NCBI GenBank assembly: GCA_965223845.1
Contig: CBDCXR010000004.1
Span: 3,328,001 to 3,392,000 of the forward strand
Direction of reading: 5' to 3'
Length of the DNA: 64,000 nucleotides
Origin: Planctomycetota bacterium
Lineage (GTDB): Bacteria > Planctomycetota > UBA8108 > SXIK01
Shown here piece by piece: positions 50,004-60,028 of this stretch. A program made the translations under genes and the position numbers. The number at the start of each line of letters is the position of its first letter. Position 1 is the stretch's first letter. The notes beneath the pieces are model-generated. The model saw only the letters and a list, made by a program, of their open reading frames with translations. It had not been told where the DNA came from and searched no databases.

Positions 50004-50926
50004 CGCCGCCGACGACGACCGAATCCCCGCGCGCACCTTCACCGCCGCTCGTCGGGCTCGATCGGCTCGACGAGCTGTGGTTCCAGGTCGGCGGAACGCG
50101 GTGCAACCTAGCCTGTCACCACTGCTTCATCAGTTGCCACCCGGGGAACGACCGCTTCGGCTTTCTCGGGCTGGATCGCATCGCCCCCTTCCTCGCCGAA
50201 GCGGAGGCGATGGGCGTGAAGGAGTTCTACTTCACCGGCGGGGAGCCGTTCCTCAACAAGGAGCTCCTCAGCATCCTCGACGCCACGCTCGCGATCGGTC
50301 CCGCGACCGTACTCACGAACGGAACCGTGTTCACCGAGCGCACGCTCGAGCGCCTGGCCGAGATCGAGGCGCGGAGTCGATACTCCCTCGAGCTTCGCGT
50401 CAGCATCGACGGCTACGACGCCGCGACGAACGACCCGATCCGCGGCGACGGCACATTCGCGGCGGCGATGGCGGGTGTTCGCGGATTGGTCAAGCACGGG
50501 TTTCTACCGATCATCACCATGACGCAGACTTGGCCCGAGCGCGAGACGATCGAAGTCCTCCGCCGCTTCCGCGGTGTACTCCAAGATGCCGGCTACGACC
50601 GGCCGCGGATCAAGATCCTGCCGACGATCCATCTGGGGGAAGAAGAGAAACGAACCCGCGCCTACGCGCCGGACGAAGTCGTGACCGAAGAGATGCTCGA
50701 TGGGTTCGACAAAGATCACCTCCTCTGCCACCACAGCCGCATCGTGACCGATCGCGGCGTCGCGGTGTGCCCGATTCTCATCGAGAAACCGGACGCACAC
50801 CTCGCCCCGACTCTAGCGGAAGCCGCCCGGCCGTTCGCACTCGGTCACAACGCGTGCTTCACGTGCTATCTCTACGGCACGATCTGCTCGAACGCAGGAA
50901 GCTCGCTGGGCGGGTCGGATCGCTGA
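50000..50926 (+). CDS. Radical SAM protein, ArsS-related, with Cys-rich C-terminus
   Basis: GTGA overlap with the flavoprotein; CNLACHHC, FTGGEPF, VLTNG, RVSIDG, RG.GTF; C-terminal LC..SR, VCPIL, H.ACFTC, TICS. Confidence 0.85.
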   Translation: MTPPTTTESPRAPSPPLVGLDRLDELWFQVGGTRCNLACHHCFISCHPGNDRFGFLGLDRIAPFLAEAEAMGVKEFYFTGGEPFLNKELLSILDATLAIGPATVLTNGTVFTERTLERLAEIEARSRYSLELRVSIDGYDAATNDPIRGDGTFAAAMAGVRGLVKHGFLPIITMTQTWPERETIEVLRRFRGVLQDAGYDRPRIKILPTIHLGEEEKRTRAYAPDEVVTEEMLDGFDKDHLLCHHSRIVTDRGVAVCPILIEKPDAHLAPTLAEAARPFALGHNACFTCYLYGTICSNAGSSLGGSDR

Positions 50927-50927
50927 T

Positions 50928-51776
50928 ATGGGGAGGCCGCGCGTCGCTTCGGATTCGCGTCTCACGGAAACGATTTCGCTCGACGAGTCGACGCAGTGCC
51001 TCGCGCTCTTCGGCGGAGTCTACTCGAACTGGCTCGCGCTCGAGGCGGCGATCGCAGACGCGCGCGCGTGCGGCGCCAGGGCTCTCTTTTGTCTCGGCGA
51101 CCTCGGCGCGTTCGGGCCGCACCCCGATCGCGTGTTCCCCATCCTCAAGCAACACGACGTGGTGACGATCAAGGGCAACTACGACGACTCGCTCGCGCGC
51201 GGACTCGATGATTGCCAGTGCGGTTACACCGATCCCCGCGACAATCATTTCGCGAGTATCAGCTACCGCTACACCTTCACCGGCACCTCCGCCTCGAACA
51301 AGCGCTGGCTCGGCGAACTCCCCGATCAGCTCGTCCTCGAGCACGCCGGCCGCCGAATCATCCTCTGCCACGGCTCGCCGCGGCGGACGAACGAGTTTCT
51401 GTGGGAGTCGACGAGCTCCGACTCGTTTCTCGAGAAGATTTGCCGCGACGCCGGCGCAGACGTCCTCGCGTGCACGCACACCGGGATCCACTGGCAGCGA
51501 CGACTGCCCTCGGGGCGACTGGTCGTCAACGTGGGCGTGCTCGGGCGACCGGCCAACGACGGCTCGACGTGCGTCTGGTACGCCCTCCTCCGCCGCGGAA
51601 GGGAGGGCGGTTGGAGCGCCGAGTTTCGTCCCGTCGGGTACGATCACGAGCGGCTCGCGGAAGCGATGATCGCCGAGGAGCTGCCGATCGAGTTCGTCGA
51701 CACCATCCGAACCGGCTGGTGGACGACGTGCCTCGAGATCCTTCCCGCGAAGGAGCGCCGCCGAGGGCGCTGGTGA
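50928..51776 (+). CDS. Calcineurin-like metallophosphoesterase, atypical and Cys-rich
   Basis: CLGDL, GNYD, HGSP, THTG, VNVG; first motif is GGVYSN instead of SDIHGN; DCQCGY and WWTTC. Confidence 0.82.
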   Translation: MGRPRVASDSRLTETISLDESTQCLALFGGVYSNWLALEAAIADARACGARALFCLGDLGAFGPHPDRVFPILKQHDVVTIKGNYDDSLARGLDDCQCGYTDPRDNHFASISYRYTFTGTSASNKRWLGELPDQLVLEHAGRRIILCHGSPRRTNEFLWESTSSDSFLEKICRDAGADVLACTHTGIHWQRRLPSGRLVVNVGVLGRPANDGSTCVWYALLRRGREGGWSAEFRPVGYDHERLAEAMIAEELPIEFVDTIRTGWWTTCLEILPAKERRRGRW

Positions 51777-51895
51777 GCACGGGACACTGTGTCGCGGCGA
51801 TCCCTCCCGAGCGCCCGCGGGTTTTTCGTCGATAGGGTCCAAATCCGGTCGCTATCATCCGTCCTGAACGGTGGCAGAAGATAGGAGATCGGACG

Positions 51896-52879
51896 ATGGC
51901 TGAGCGATCGTTTCTCGTAGCCTTCGTGCTCGGGAGCCTCGCGAGTTCCGCCGGCTTCGGTCAGGACGAGCCGTGCGCGGGCGACGAGAGCGCGGAGCTG
52001 ATCTTTCAAGTGGAGAATGTTGGGCAGACGAGCGAGCCCTTCGCGGGCGCGAGCGCGGAGCGGATCGACCGAGCCGCCGGCGAGCGCGAGCTCTACGTCG
52101 GGATCGTCTCGAACCTCGATCGCGGCGCTCAGGGGTGGATGTTCGGTTTCGACGTCCGCGGCGACATCGACGTGTTCGCACCCTCGACCGATGGCACGGT
52201 CGGAAGTCCGGCCGAAAACGGTCCGCCGGGTCTGTTCGCGGTCGGATTTCAAAAGACCGAGTCGAAGCGAGACGTGTGGGGTTACGAGCGCGGGGTGGTG
52301 TCCTCGGTGATCCTGAGCTTCCAAGATCCTTCGATCCGCCTCGATCCGGTCGGTACGGCGACCGTGCTCGCGTTCCGGGTGAGCGGCGAACCGGGTTCCG
52401 AAGGTACGCTCTTCTTTACCCTCGGCGAGTTTGGCGGACCGATCGATGGCGATCCCCCTCCCGGCGCGGCGGACGAACCGGATGGCGAGGCCGGATCCCT
52501 TCCCCCGAGTCAGGCCGGCGTCCACCTAGACCTCGCCGATAGCGAGTTCCTTCTTTTCTGCTCGGCGAGTCGAGTCACGGTGCGATTCCACGACGCGGTG
52601 TTCGTTCGCGGGGACGCAAACGACGACGGCGCCTTCAACATCGCCGATGCGATTCACATGCTGAACTACCTCTTCGACTTCGGGCAGACGCATCCCCTTC
52701 CCTGCGCGGACGCCGGAGATACGAACGACGACGGCTCGCTCAACATCTCCGATCCGATCTACGGTCTCGGGCACCTCTTTCTCGAGCTGCCCATGCCCCC
52801 GCCGCCGTTCGAGCGCTGCGGAGCGGATCCGACGAGTGACGCGCTCGGCTGCGAAGCGAGCGCCGGGTGCGGGGAGTAG
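51896..52879 (+). CDS. Secreted cohesin-like + dockerin-like domain protein
   Basis: AGGAG RBS, signal peptide, QGWMFG cohesin-like strand, FVRGDANDDG.FNIAD...CADAGDTNDDGSLNISDPI...CGADPTSDALGC. Confidence 0.75.
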   Translation: MAERSFLVAFVLGSLASSAGFGQDEPCAGDESAELIFQVENVGQTSEPFAGASAERIDRAAGERELYVGIVSNLDRGAQGWMFGFDVRGDIDVFAPSTDGTVGSPAENGPPGLFAVGFQKTESKRDVWGYERGVVSSVILSFQDPSIRLDPVGTATVLAFRVSGEPGSEGTLFFTLGEFGGPIDGDPPPGAADEPDGEAGSLPPSQAGVHLDLADSEFLLFCSASRVTVRFHDAVFVRGDANDDGAFNIADAIHMLNYLFDFGQTHPLPCADAGDTNDDGSLNISDPIYGLGHLFLELPMPPPPFERCGADPTSDALGCEASAGCGE

Positions 52880-52922
52880 CGACGGCGCTGCCGCAACGAG
52901 CTTCCACTCGCCGGCGGGCCGA

Positions 52923-53369
52923 TTACTCCATGTCGTCGCGAGCGAGCGCGACGATGACGAGCACCTGATCGCCCTCTCGCTCGACGATCTCGAAATCGAC
53001 GAGATCCCAGGTCTCGTCGCGCGCGAGCAGTGCTTCGAGCTCGTCGGCGATGCGGTCCACCGTCGTCGCGATCTCTTCGACTCGATGGCGGATGCGTGGC
53101 TGGCGGTACTCGAGGTTCTCGAGGAGCGCGTTCAACGCGCTCAGGCGCGCGCTGTAGCGGTCCTCGATCTCCTGCAGCTCGAAGCTGAAGGCGCCGTCCG
53201 ATCCCGAGGCGTGGAGAAGGCCCTCGCGGTGGGAGAGGATATCCTCGGTCATCTGCGCGAGAAGCATCTCACGCGCTTCGAGGAGAACGTGGAGAGCGTC
53301 TTTCATCCGACGACTCTCGCGGAAATCGGCGTCGAGGTCGGAATCTACGCCGGAAGGTTCTCTGCGCAT
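52923..53369 (-). CDS. Hypothetical protein (helical N-terminus)
   Basis: Protein-like composition and host codon usage; start uncertain (53369 or 53306). Confidence 0.6.
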   Translation of the reverse strand: MRREPSGVDSDLDADFRESRRMKDALHVLLEAREMLLAQMTEDILSHREGLLHASGSDGAFSFELQEIEDRYSARLSALNALLENLEYRQPRIRHRVEEIATTVDRIADELEALLARDETWDLVDFEIVEREGDQVLVIVALARDDME

Positions 53370-53570
53370 GCGCTTCTCCACGCAACGTCGCGTCGACTCT
53401 CCGCCCCACGAGTCCACCGCGTCAATCGGCGCTACGGACGCCGGCACAACTGAGGGACTAATGTAGCACGGGCACCGCCGACGAAACAGCCCCAACCGAG
53501 CCGCGTTCTCGATCCGCGCAGTGGTTTGGTCGCCCGCGCGTCCAGTCGAGATCCGCGGGGCGCCAGCCCG

Positions 53571-54353
53571 CTACCACTCGAGCGAGAGACCGACGCCGAT
53601 GTTGATCGAGTCGAACTGAATGCGGTCGTCGACCTCGCGACGGTCACCGCCGATCTTGACGTCGATCTTGTCCTGCGGAACGAAATCGTAGGTGACGTTC
53701 GCGAACAGGTGACCGTTCTTCCACAGGCGGTACCGCACCTCGGCGGACGGCCGGAGCACGAAGCCGAAAAACGGAACCAACTCGAACTCGGAGCCTGCCG
53801 CCGCGAACTGATCCTCGAGGAACGGATCCTCGTCGCCCGTGATCGCGACGAGACCGGCGCCGAGGCCGAAGCGAAAGCCCCACGCACCGGGCTCGGTCGA
53901 AGGCTTCGAAAGCGGGACATCGTAGTCGAAGTGGAGAAGAACCGAGTACCGGTCGATCGTATCGTAGAGCGAGGATGCCTCGGTGCTGTCGAGGTCACTT
54001 CCCGCCCCCTGATCGATGCCGTGGTGGGAGTAGGAGAACGACATTCCCGCATAGAGATTCTTGCTGATCTCGAGGGCGAACTTCGCGCCGACACCACCGC
54101 CGACGTCGATGTTGCTGTCGATGGGAATCGCGGCTCCGCCGTAAATGTCGAATTGAGCGTGCTGGTGGAGCATCGCGTTCTCGGCCACCGACTGCTCGGT
54201 GATCGGATCCGTTTCGTAGCTCTCGCCGAACGCGTCCTTGTACTCGGGCGGGTCGATCTCGTTCTGCGACGCGCAGCTACCCAGCGCTACGGCCAAGAGA
54301 CAAAGACCAAAGCTCCTCAACGCGAGCGGAGCTCCAGAGCGGAGAACGGACAT
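53571..54353 (-). CDS. Outer-membrane beta-barrel protein with lipoprotein signal
   Basis: GGAGG RBS, lipobox LGS-C, alternating amphipathic strands, terminal INIGVGLSLEW. Confidence 0.75.
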   Translation of the reverse strand: MSVLRSGAPLALRSFGLCLLAVALGSCASQNEIDPPEYKDAFGESYETDPITEQSVAENAMLHQHAQFDIYGGAAIPIDSNIDVGGGVGAKFALEISKNLYAGMSFSYSHHGIDQGAGSDLDSTEASSLYDTIDRYSVLLHFDYDVPLSKPSTEPGAWGFRFGLGAGLVAITGDEDPFLEDQFAAAGSEFELVPFFGFVLRPSAEVRYRLWKNGHLFANVTYDFVPQDKIDVKIGGDRREVDDRIQFDSINIGVGLSLEW

Positions 54354-55098
54354 TCTTGTTCCTCCTTTGACGTCCTCGAGGGAAAACTCGAGGGCTTGTG
54401 CGCGCGGCTGAATCGGGGGCGACCGGTGACGGCGAGGACGAGCTCGATCGACGCGGCTCGGTGCGTGCGGTCGGTGCGGTGGAATCCCTTGCAGACGACC
54501 CACGCCGCGGCGTCGCGTCGCCCCGAAGGGTTCGCAACTCAGTTCGTTCGGTTCTCTAACTGGGGGATAAGCTTAGACGTGTGCTGCCCTGCGGCAGGAG
54601 ACCCATTCGCCGGCACCCCATCGGGGATTTCGTCACGAGAAGGAGCCGCCGTCCCTGGCCTCGGGCGATCGCGGCAAACCATCTCGCGAAGCGGAGTCAA
54701 CACTCCTTAGGCGAGACGACACGCAGCGAGCACGCCGATTCGATCACACGAGAGTCAGATCGAGCAAAGCGGGGAGACGGATCCGTTGCGACAGAAGCCG
54801 ACGCAAGGATTGGTGAGAAGATAGAACCCAACGGTATCATTCGGGTGTCGCCTTTTCAATGGGCTACCCCCGCGACGCTGGCGTACGAAACTTCCTGTCG
54901 CACCAACCGTTGCGTCGACGCGAAACGAGCCGAAACGCAAGCGGCGGGCCGAACTCGGGCGGGGCTCGAGTCCGCACCGGCGAACTTGCCGAATCCTCAT
55001 TGGAGGTCCGCTTCGCTGGGCAAACATCGCGCAAACTGGCCGGCGAACGGGCAGAGGGTTTGCGAGAGCGGCACGTCGCCTGACCAACGGGCGCCCGG

Positions 55099-56637
55099 TC
55101 AAGAACCGAACAAGGTCTCGAGGCGCGACATCCAGCGATCGTCGAATGAATCGGCCGCGCGCTCCGACCCGCCAGCGAACACACAACGAAAGAGCTGCTC
55201 GCCGAGGCGATCGGGATCGATCGCCGACGACGTACCGCCGCCCGCCCGCGCGATCCGCTCGAAGTACGGGACGCGTTCGGTCGCGCCCTCGGTCCGAAGC
55301 TCGACCGCATGAAACCGCACGCCCTCCTGGTGTCGCGCGTTCTCGACGAGGCTCGCGAGATCGCGCTGCTCGTCGTACGGAGGAGCCGCGTCGCCGACGA
55401 CGATCACATGCTTCGCGGCGCGCGTTCGCCACGGGAATCGCCCGCGTCCGAGCGACGCCCGAACCGCGGCGTGAACGGCTTCCGGAACATCGCCTCCACC
55501 CTCCGCGGTCAGCTCCCGGATTCGGGCGAGCTGCTCTTCGACGGAGACTTCGAATCCGCTCGTTGCGACGACGCGATCACGGTAGACGATCACGCCGAGG
55601 CGCGCACCGGGCAGCCCCCACGCGATCGCCGTCCAGGCCCACGCGAGCTCGCGGACCACCGCACGAAACGCCGGCTTCATGCTCTCCGACGCGTCGACGA
55701 GGATCACCAGATCGAGCCCGTCCCGCTCTCCACTCTCGATCGTCGCGAACGATCGTTCGCGCGCCGTAGCTTGATCGGCGTGCGAACGCAAATCCGCGAT
55801 GACCGCATCTGCGTCGGTCCCGCTCATCTTCGGCGTGTCCCCGTCCGGATAGAGCGCCGACAGCGCGGAAGCGAGCGCGCGTCTCGACGGATCCCGCTCT
55901 AGCTGTGCACGTACGTACGCGATCCAGGCGAGCGCTCGCGGACCGGGGGCTGCGGCAACTCCACCGGACGCTACGTAGGCCTCGAGCTTCTCGATCGCGC
56001 GCGCACGGATTCTCGCGTCTCCGTCGAGCAGGAATGCGCTCCTCCATTCGGCCCCGCCACCTTCGCGTTCGAGGAGAAAGAGTCGACTGAGCGGCGCCCG
56101 GTCGGGAAAGACACCTCGCGGGGACTCCGCGCGCACCGCGACGGCAGTCTCCGCCGGAGGTTCGGAACTCGCGTCGGGCGCGTCGACATGTTCGCTCGAC
56201 CGAGAGTCCTCCGGCGCCGGAGCGCGGAGCGGCTCGGAATCGTCCGGCGAGGGAAGAAGACCGGAGCCGACACGCCGAGAGTCCGCGGCCCCGTTCGGGT
56301 CGGCCGGCGGGACGCTGAGTGCACGGGTCTCCGCTTCGATCACGCGGGTCGAACCGCGCGCTCTATCCGCGTTCGATTCGTCGATCGCGGGTGTACCCAC
56401 GGTCGCGCCCGCGGCGTCGCCCGCGGCGCCCGCGGCGCTCGTCTCGACGCGCTCCGGCGCGGCGCGCTCCGCCTGCGAGTCACCGTTCGCGAGGCGATCG
56501 AGCTGAAGGTACAGGAGAAGGAGCCCGATCGAGTTCACGAGCAAACAGAGGACGACGACGCCGAGGAGCACGTACACCCACTCGCCGTAGCGGAGCTGAA
56601 GCTCCTGCCCACAACGGCACCGCACTTTCACGGACAT
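55099..56637 (-). CDS. Membrane-anchored vWA domain protein
   Basis: N-terminal CxCG knuckle + TM helix, low-complexity linker, MIDAS LVDASES, GGGD.PEA, VGDAAP. Confidence 0.8.
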   Translation of the reverse strand: MSVKVRCRCGQELQLRYGEWVYVLLGVVVLCLLVNSIGLLLLYLQLDRLANGDSQAERAAPERVETSAAGAAGDAAGATVGTPAIDESNADRARGSTRVIEAETRALSVPPADPNGAADSRRVGSGLLPSPDDSEPLRAPAPEDSRSSEHVDAPDASSEPPAETAVAVRAESPRGVFPDRAPLSRLFLLEREGGGAEWRSAFLLDGDARIRARAIEKLEAYVASGGVAAAPGPRALAWIAYVRAQLERDPSRRALASALSALYPDGDTPKMSGTDADAVIADLRSHADQATARERSFATIESGERDGLDLVILVDASESMKPAFRAVVRELAWAWTAIAWGLPGARLGVIVYRDRVVATSGFEVSVEEQLARIRELTAEGGGDVPEAVHAAVRASLGRGRFPWRTRAAKHVIVVGDAAPPYDEQRDLASLVENARHQEGVRFHAVELRTEGATERVPYFERIARAGGGTSSAIDPDRLGEQLFRCVFAGGSERAADSFDDRWMSRLETLFGS

Positions 56638-56838
56638 GGACGCTCTCCGGGCCAGGACGAGACTCACCCTTACGTCGTTCTACCGTCGAGTCGACGAGCC
56701 AACAAGGGCCGCGGCCGAACTGAGAACGAGTCGACACGCCGGCACGAAGGGCTCTCGGTGAGACGACGCGAGGCCCGACGACTCATCGGAGTCGTCGGGC
56801 CTCGTTCACGAAGTCGTGCTGCCTACGGAGCGGGAATC

Positions 56839-57498
56839 TCAGGCGGACGCCGCGTCGCTGCCAACGGCCGGCCACGAACCGGGGTGGCGGCTCGTTTGGT
56901 TCTCGACGTGACGCAGCACGCCGATCACCACGCCGCGGATCTCGACATCCTTCACGTCCATCGTGTCAGACGCGTCGGCGATTCCACAGAGATAGGGCTC
57001 GTCGCCGCTGTTGTGGTAGCGCTTGAGGGTCGCTTCTCCGCCCGCGAGTACCGCGATGATCGTCTCGCCATCGTGGGGCTCGGTGCGGCTCTCCGCAATG
57101 ACGTAGTCGCCTTCCGCGATGTTCGCGTCGCGGAGGGAGCTGTCGGAGACGCGCAGAACGTAGTAGCGCTTCCCGACGGGAAGCAGGTCGGCGATGTTGA
57201 GGTGCTCTCGCTTTTCGGCGACCTCGAGCGGCGAGCCCGCGCTGAACGAGCCGAGCATCGGAATCTGAAAGCGGTTGTTGCGCTCCTCGACGGGAACGAG
57301 AAGCTCGATCGAACGCGCCCGGAACTTCTCGCGCTTCAGCGCGCCCTTGCGTTCTAGCTGGTTGATGTGTTCGTAGATCGTGATCTTCGTAACACCGAAG
57401 TACTCAGCGATTTCCTCGAGCGTGGGGCTGATTCCGCGCTCGGCTCGGAACTGCTGAATGAACTCCATGATGTTCAGCTGTTTCTCAGTGAAGTACAT
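56839..57498 (-). CDS. lexA: LexA family repressor
   Basis: T.KQ..I..FI......G.SPT..EIA..FG wHTH, LE.KG, Ala-Gly cleavage site (SAG), candidate catalytic Ser (SDSSL) and Lys (ATLKR). Confidence 0.88.
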   Translation of the reverse strand: MYFTEKQLNIMEFIQQFRAERGISPTLEEIAEYFGVTKITIYEHINQLERKGALKREKFRARSIELLVPVEERNNRFQIPMLGSFSAGSPLEVAEKREHLNIADLLPVGKRYYVLRVSDSSLRDANIAEGDYVIAESRTEPHDGETIIAVLAGGEATLKRYHNSGDEPYLCGIADASDTMDVKDVEIRGVVIGVLRHVENQTSRHPGSWPAVGSDAASA

Positions 57499-58867
57499 GA
57501 AGCGAACCTTTCGGGGAAAAGACCCCCCACGCGCGTCAAGAGGAGTGTGAGTTTGTCGGTGATTGCGCGCTGGAGGTAGGAACGGAATGGGGACCTTCGT
57601 CGGAGACGAACAACTCCCGCGACACGGGTCGCGGGCTCTAACGCCGCCCGTCGCACGCGATCCACGGATCGGTGGGATCGCTCGACTCTCTGTCACCCGT
57701 GAGGACTCCGTCTCGGTCTCTCCCCCCGGAGAGATCGCGCCGCCGATCCGAAGGATCGAGCGCCGCGCCATCCCGAACGTCGACGTTCCGCGTTCGCAGA
57801 AGATAGCCCGCCGCGCTTCACGTCAGCGCGGCCGGATAGAGCGAGTCACTCTCGGAAGCAAACTCTTATGTCAATTCAAAGTAGTAATAAATAACGATTC
57901 TTTCTTCCGAACCGGAGCGAGTCATACCGCACCCGGAGGCATCGGCAACTGTGTGGTGATTTCAGGTGATCGGAATTCGAATCCTGCTCGTCAGCGGGGG
58001 CCGGCGGAGAACCGGATGCCGAGAGCTCCGCGCGCTTCTCGACCGCCGACGCTCGGTCCGCTCGGGCGAGCGGCCGGGTACCGTCCGGCGGCCGTCCCGA
58101 CGCGAACCACCACTGCGGTGGACGTCTGGGTCGGCGATCGATCGAAGTCTGCTCAACGTCCGCGCTTCGCAGAGGCGAAGCTCCGGGATCCCGGGGCCCC
58201 GCTCGTCCCCGCGATGAGGCCGCGAGGAAGGAGACAGGCACCCGTGCGATCGGGGTGAACGTCGAACTCGAGAGACAATCTTGCGTCGAGAAACACGCGA
58301 TCAACGGCCGGCGGTGCACTGGGGACAGCGCGGCGTGTCCGGCCGGATCGTCCACCTCGCGGAACCGCCTGAATTAAGGCGTCCGGCGGGGCCTGAACGA
58401 CGGGTTCCATCCTACCACCAAAGCCCCACCTTCCTACCCGCTTTCTGCTTACGGTTCGCCGTCCGAGACTCTAATCTCGCGCCCGACCGCACCCGAGCGG
58501 CGCAGGCGGCCGGAGTCTTCGGTGTGATCTCGACGTTTGGGGCGTTCGACATCACGACCATGACTTCGAGCGCGAGACAAAAGACCATCGCCGGCGCCGC
58601 CGGTGTACGTGGGCATCGCCGCTCTGACCCGCGCGCTCACAGGCGTTCGCCTCCTCCGCCTTCTTCTCTCACCTCGTCCACGCTGACCTCCGGTGGAAAC
58701 GACGGGTCTCTTGTCACCCGGCTCGTCGTTCCGCGCGCCTCGGACCGCGTCGACCCGACACGCCGCGCCTGGTTTACCTGCTCGGCTTGCTTCTCCAATC
58801 GCCCTTTGGTTCAATCCACCGCGATCACCTTACGAATACCGAAAAACGCCGCGGAGAACCGGACGCG

Positions 58868-59905
58868 ATGGCAAGCGCGAAGAAGGGTATCGGATTCGGA
58901 ATCGTCGGTATGGGTTTCATGGGAAAGACCCATCTCGACGCGGCGGCGAAGATGCGCGGGGGGCGCGTGCGCGCGTTCGTGACGTCGGATCCGCGAAAAG
59001 CGAAGGGCGACTTCCGCGGCGTCGGCGGAAACTTCGGCGGCTCGGGCACTCGCGTCGACGTGTCGCGGATGAACGTCTACCCGACGCTCGACGAGCTGCT
59101 CGCGGACGACGCGGTCGACGTCGTCGATATCTGCCTCCCGTCCTACCTCCACGCGAAGACGGCCGAGCGCGTTCTCCGCGCCGGAAAGGACGTCCTCGTC
59201 GAGAAGCCCATCGCCCTCGCGACGAGTGAAGCGGACCGGATGATCCGAACCGCAAAGAAGAGTCGCCGCCTCCTTCTCGTCGGACAGGTGCTCAAATTCT
59301 TTCCCGAGTTCGCCCGACTCGAGCGCGCCATCGAGACGGAAGAGTGGGGAAAGCTGCTCTCGCTTCACCTTCGCCGGATCATCGCGAAACCGAGCTGGAG
59401 CGCCGATAGCTGGTTCGCCGACGCGAAGCGATCGGGCGGAATGACCGTCGACCTCCATATCCACGACACCGACTTCATGGTGTACCTCTTCGGAAAACCC
59501 CGTGCCGTTTCGTCGAGCGGACTCATCCGCGACCGGACGCTCGACCGCATTCGGACGACCTACCACTATCGCGGGCGCGGGAAACCGCTCCTCACCGCCG
59601 AAGCCGGCTGGATCAACGGCGCGTCGCTTCCGTTCGAGCACGGCTACGACGCCTACTTCGAAAAGGCGTCGCTCCACTACAACTCCTCGCACGCACCCGT
59701 TCCCGTCCTCTACGGGGCGAAATCAGCGCGCAAGCTGAAACTCCCGGCCCGCGACGGGTTCACGGTCGAGCTGGAGGCCGCGGCGGGCGCGGTGCGCGCG
59801 CGAAAGGTTCCGCGAGGTCTCGCCCCGGAGATCGCGGCGATGTCCCTCGCCGTCTGTCGCGCCGAGGAGAAATCGGCTCGCTCGGGGAAGGCCGTCGAGC
59901 TCTAG
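58868..59905 (+). CDS. Gfo/Idh/MocA family oxidoreductase
   Basis: GIVGMGFMG, DVVDICLP...H, VLVEKPIA, SGG..VDLHIHD.D. Confidence 0.92.
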   Translation: MASAKKGIGFGIVGMGFMGKTHLDAAAKMRGGRVRAFVTSDPRKAKGDFRGVGGNFGGSGTRVDVSRMNVYPTLDELLADDAVDVVDICLPSYLHAKTAERVLRAGKDVLVEKPIALATSEADRMIRTAKKSRRLLLVGQVLKFFPEFARLERAIETEEWGKLLSLHLRRIIAKPSWSADSWFADAKRSGGMTVDLHIHDTDFMVYLFGKPRAVSSSGLIRDRTLDRIRTTYHYRGRGKPLLTAEAGWINGASLPFEHGYDAYFEKASLHYNSSHAPVPVLYGAKSARKLKLPARDGFTVELEAAAGAVRARKVPRGLAPEIAAMSLAVCRAEEKSARSGKAVEL

Positions 59906-60028
59906 CGCCGTCCCGGTGCTCCGATCGCCGCTGGTCGCGGACGGATTTTCGAACGACGATCGTTATAATTCGGGCGTACCCACGACCGCCTTCGAGGCTC
60001 TCTTCGAACTCTCCCCGAGGCCCGTATC

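Noticed and set aside
54670-54780. GGCAAACC resembling a c-di-GMP-I riboswitch start
   Set aside because: Lacks the GAAA tetraloop and GACGCAAA core, and is on the wrong strand for the adjacent gene
57499-57545. CCGAAAGGTTCG upstream of lexA as an SOS box
   Set aside because: Spacing does not fit GAAC-N4-GTTC or CTGT-N8-ACAG
58395-58420. GGGTTC...CCACCA as a tRNA/tmRNA 3' end
   Set aside because: No TTCGA loop geometry and no matching 5' acceptor strand
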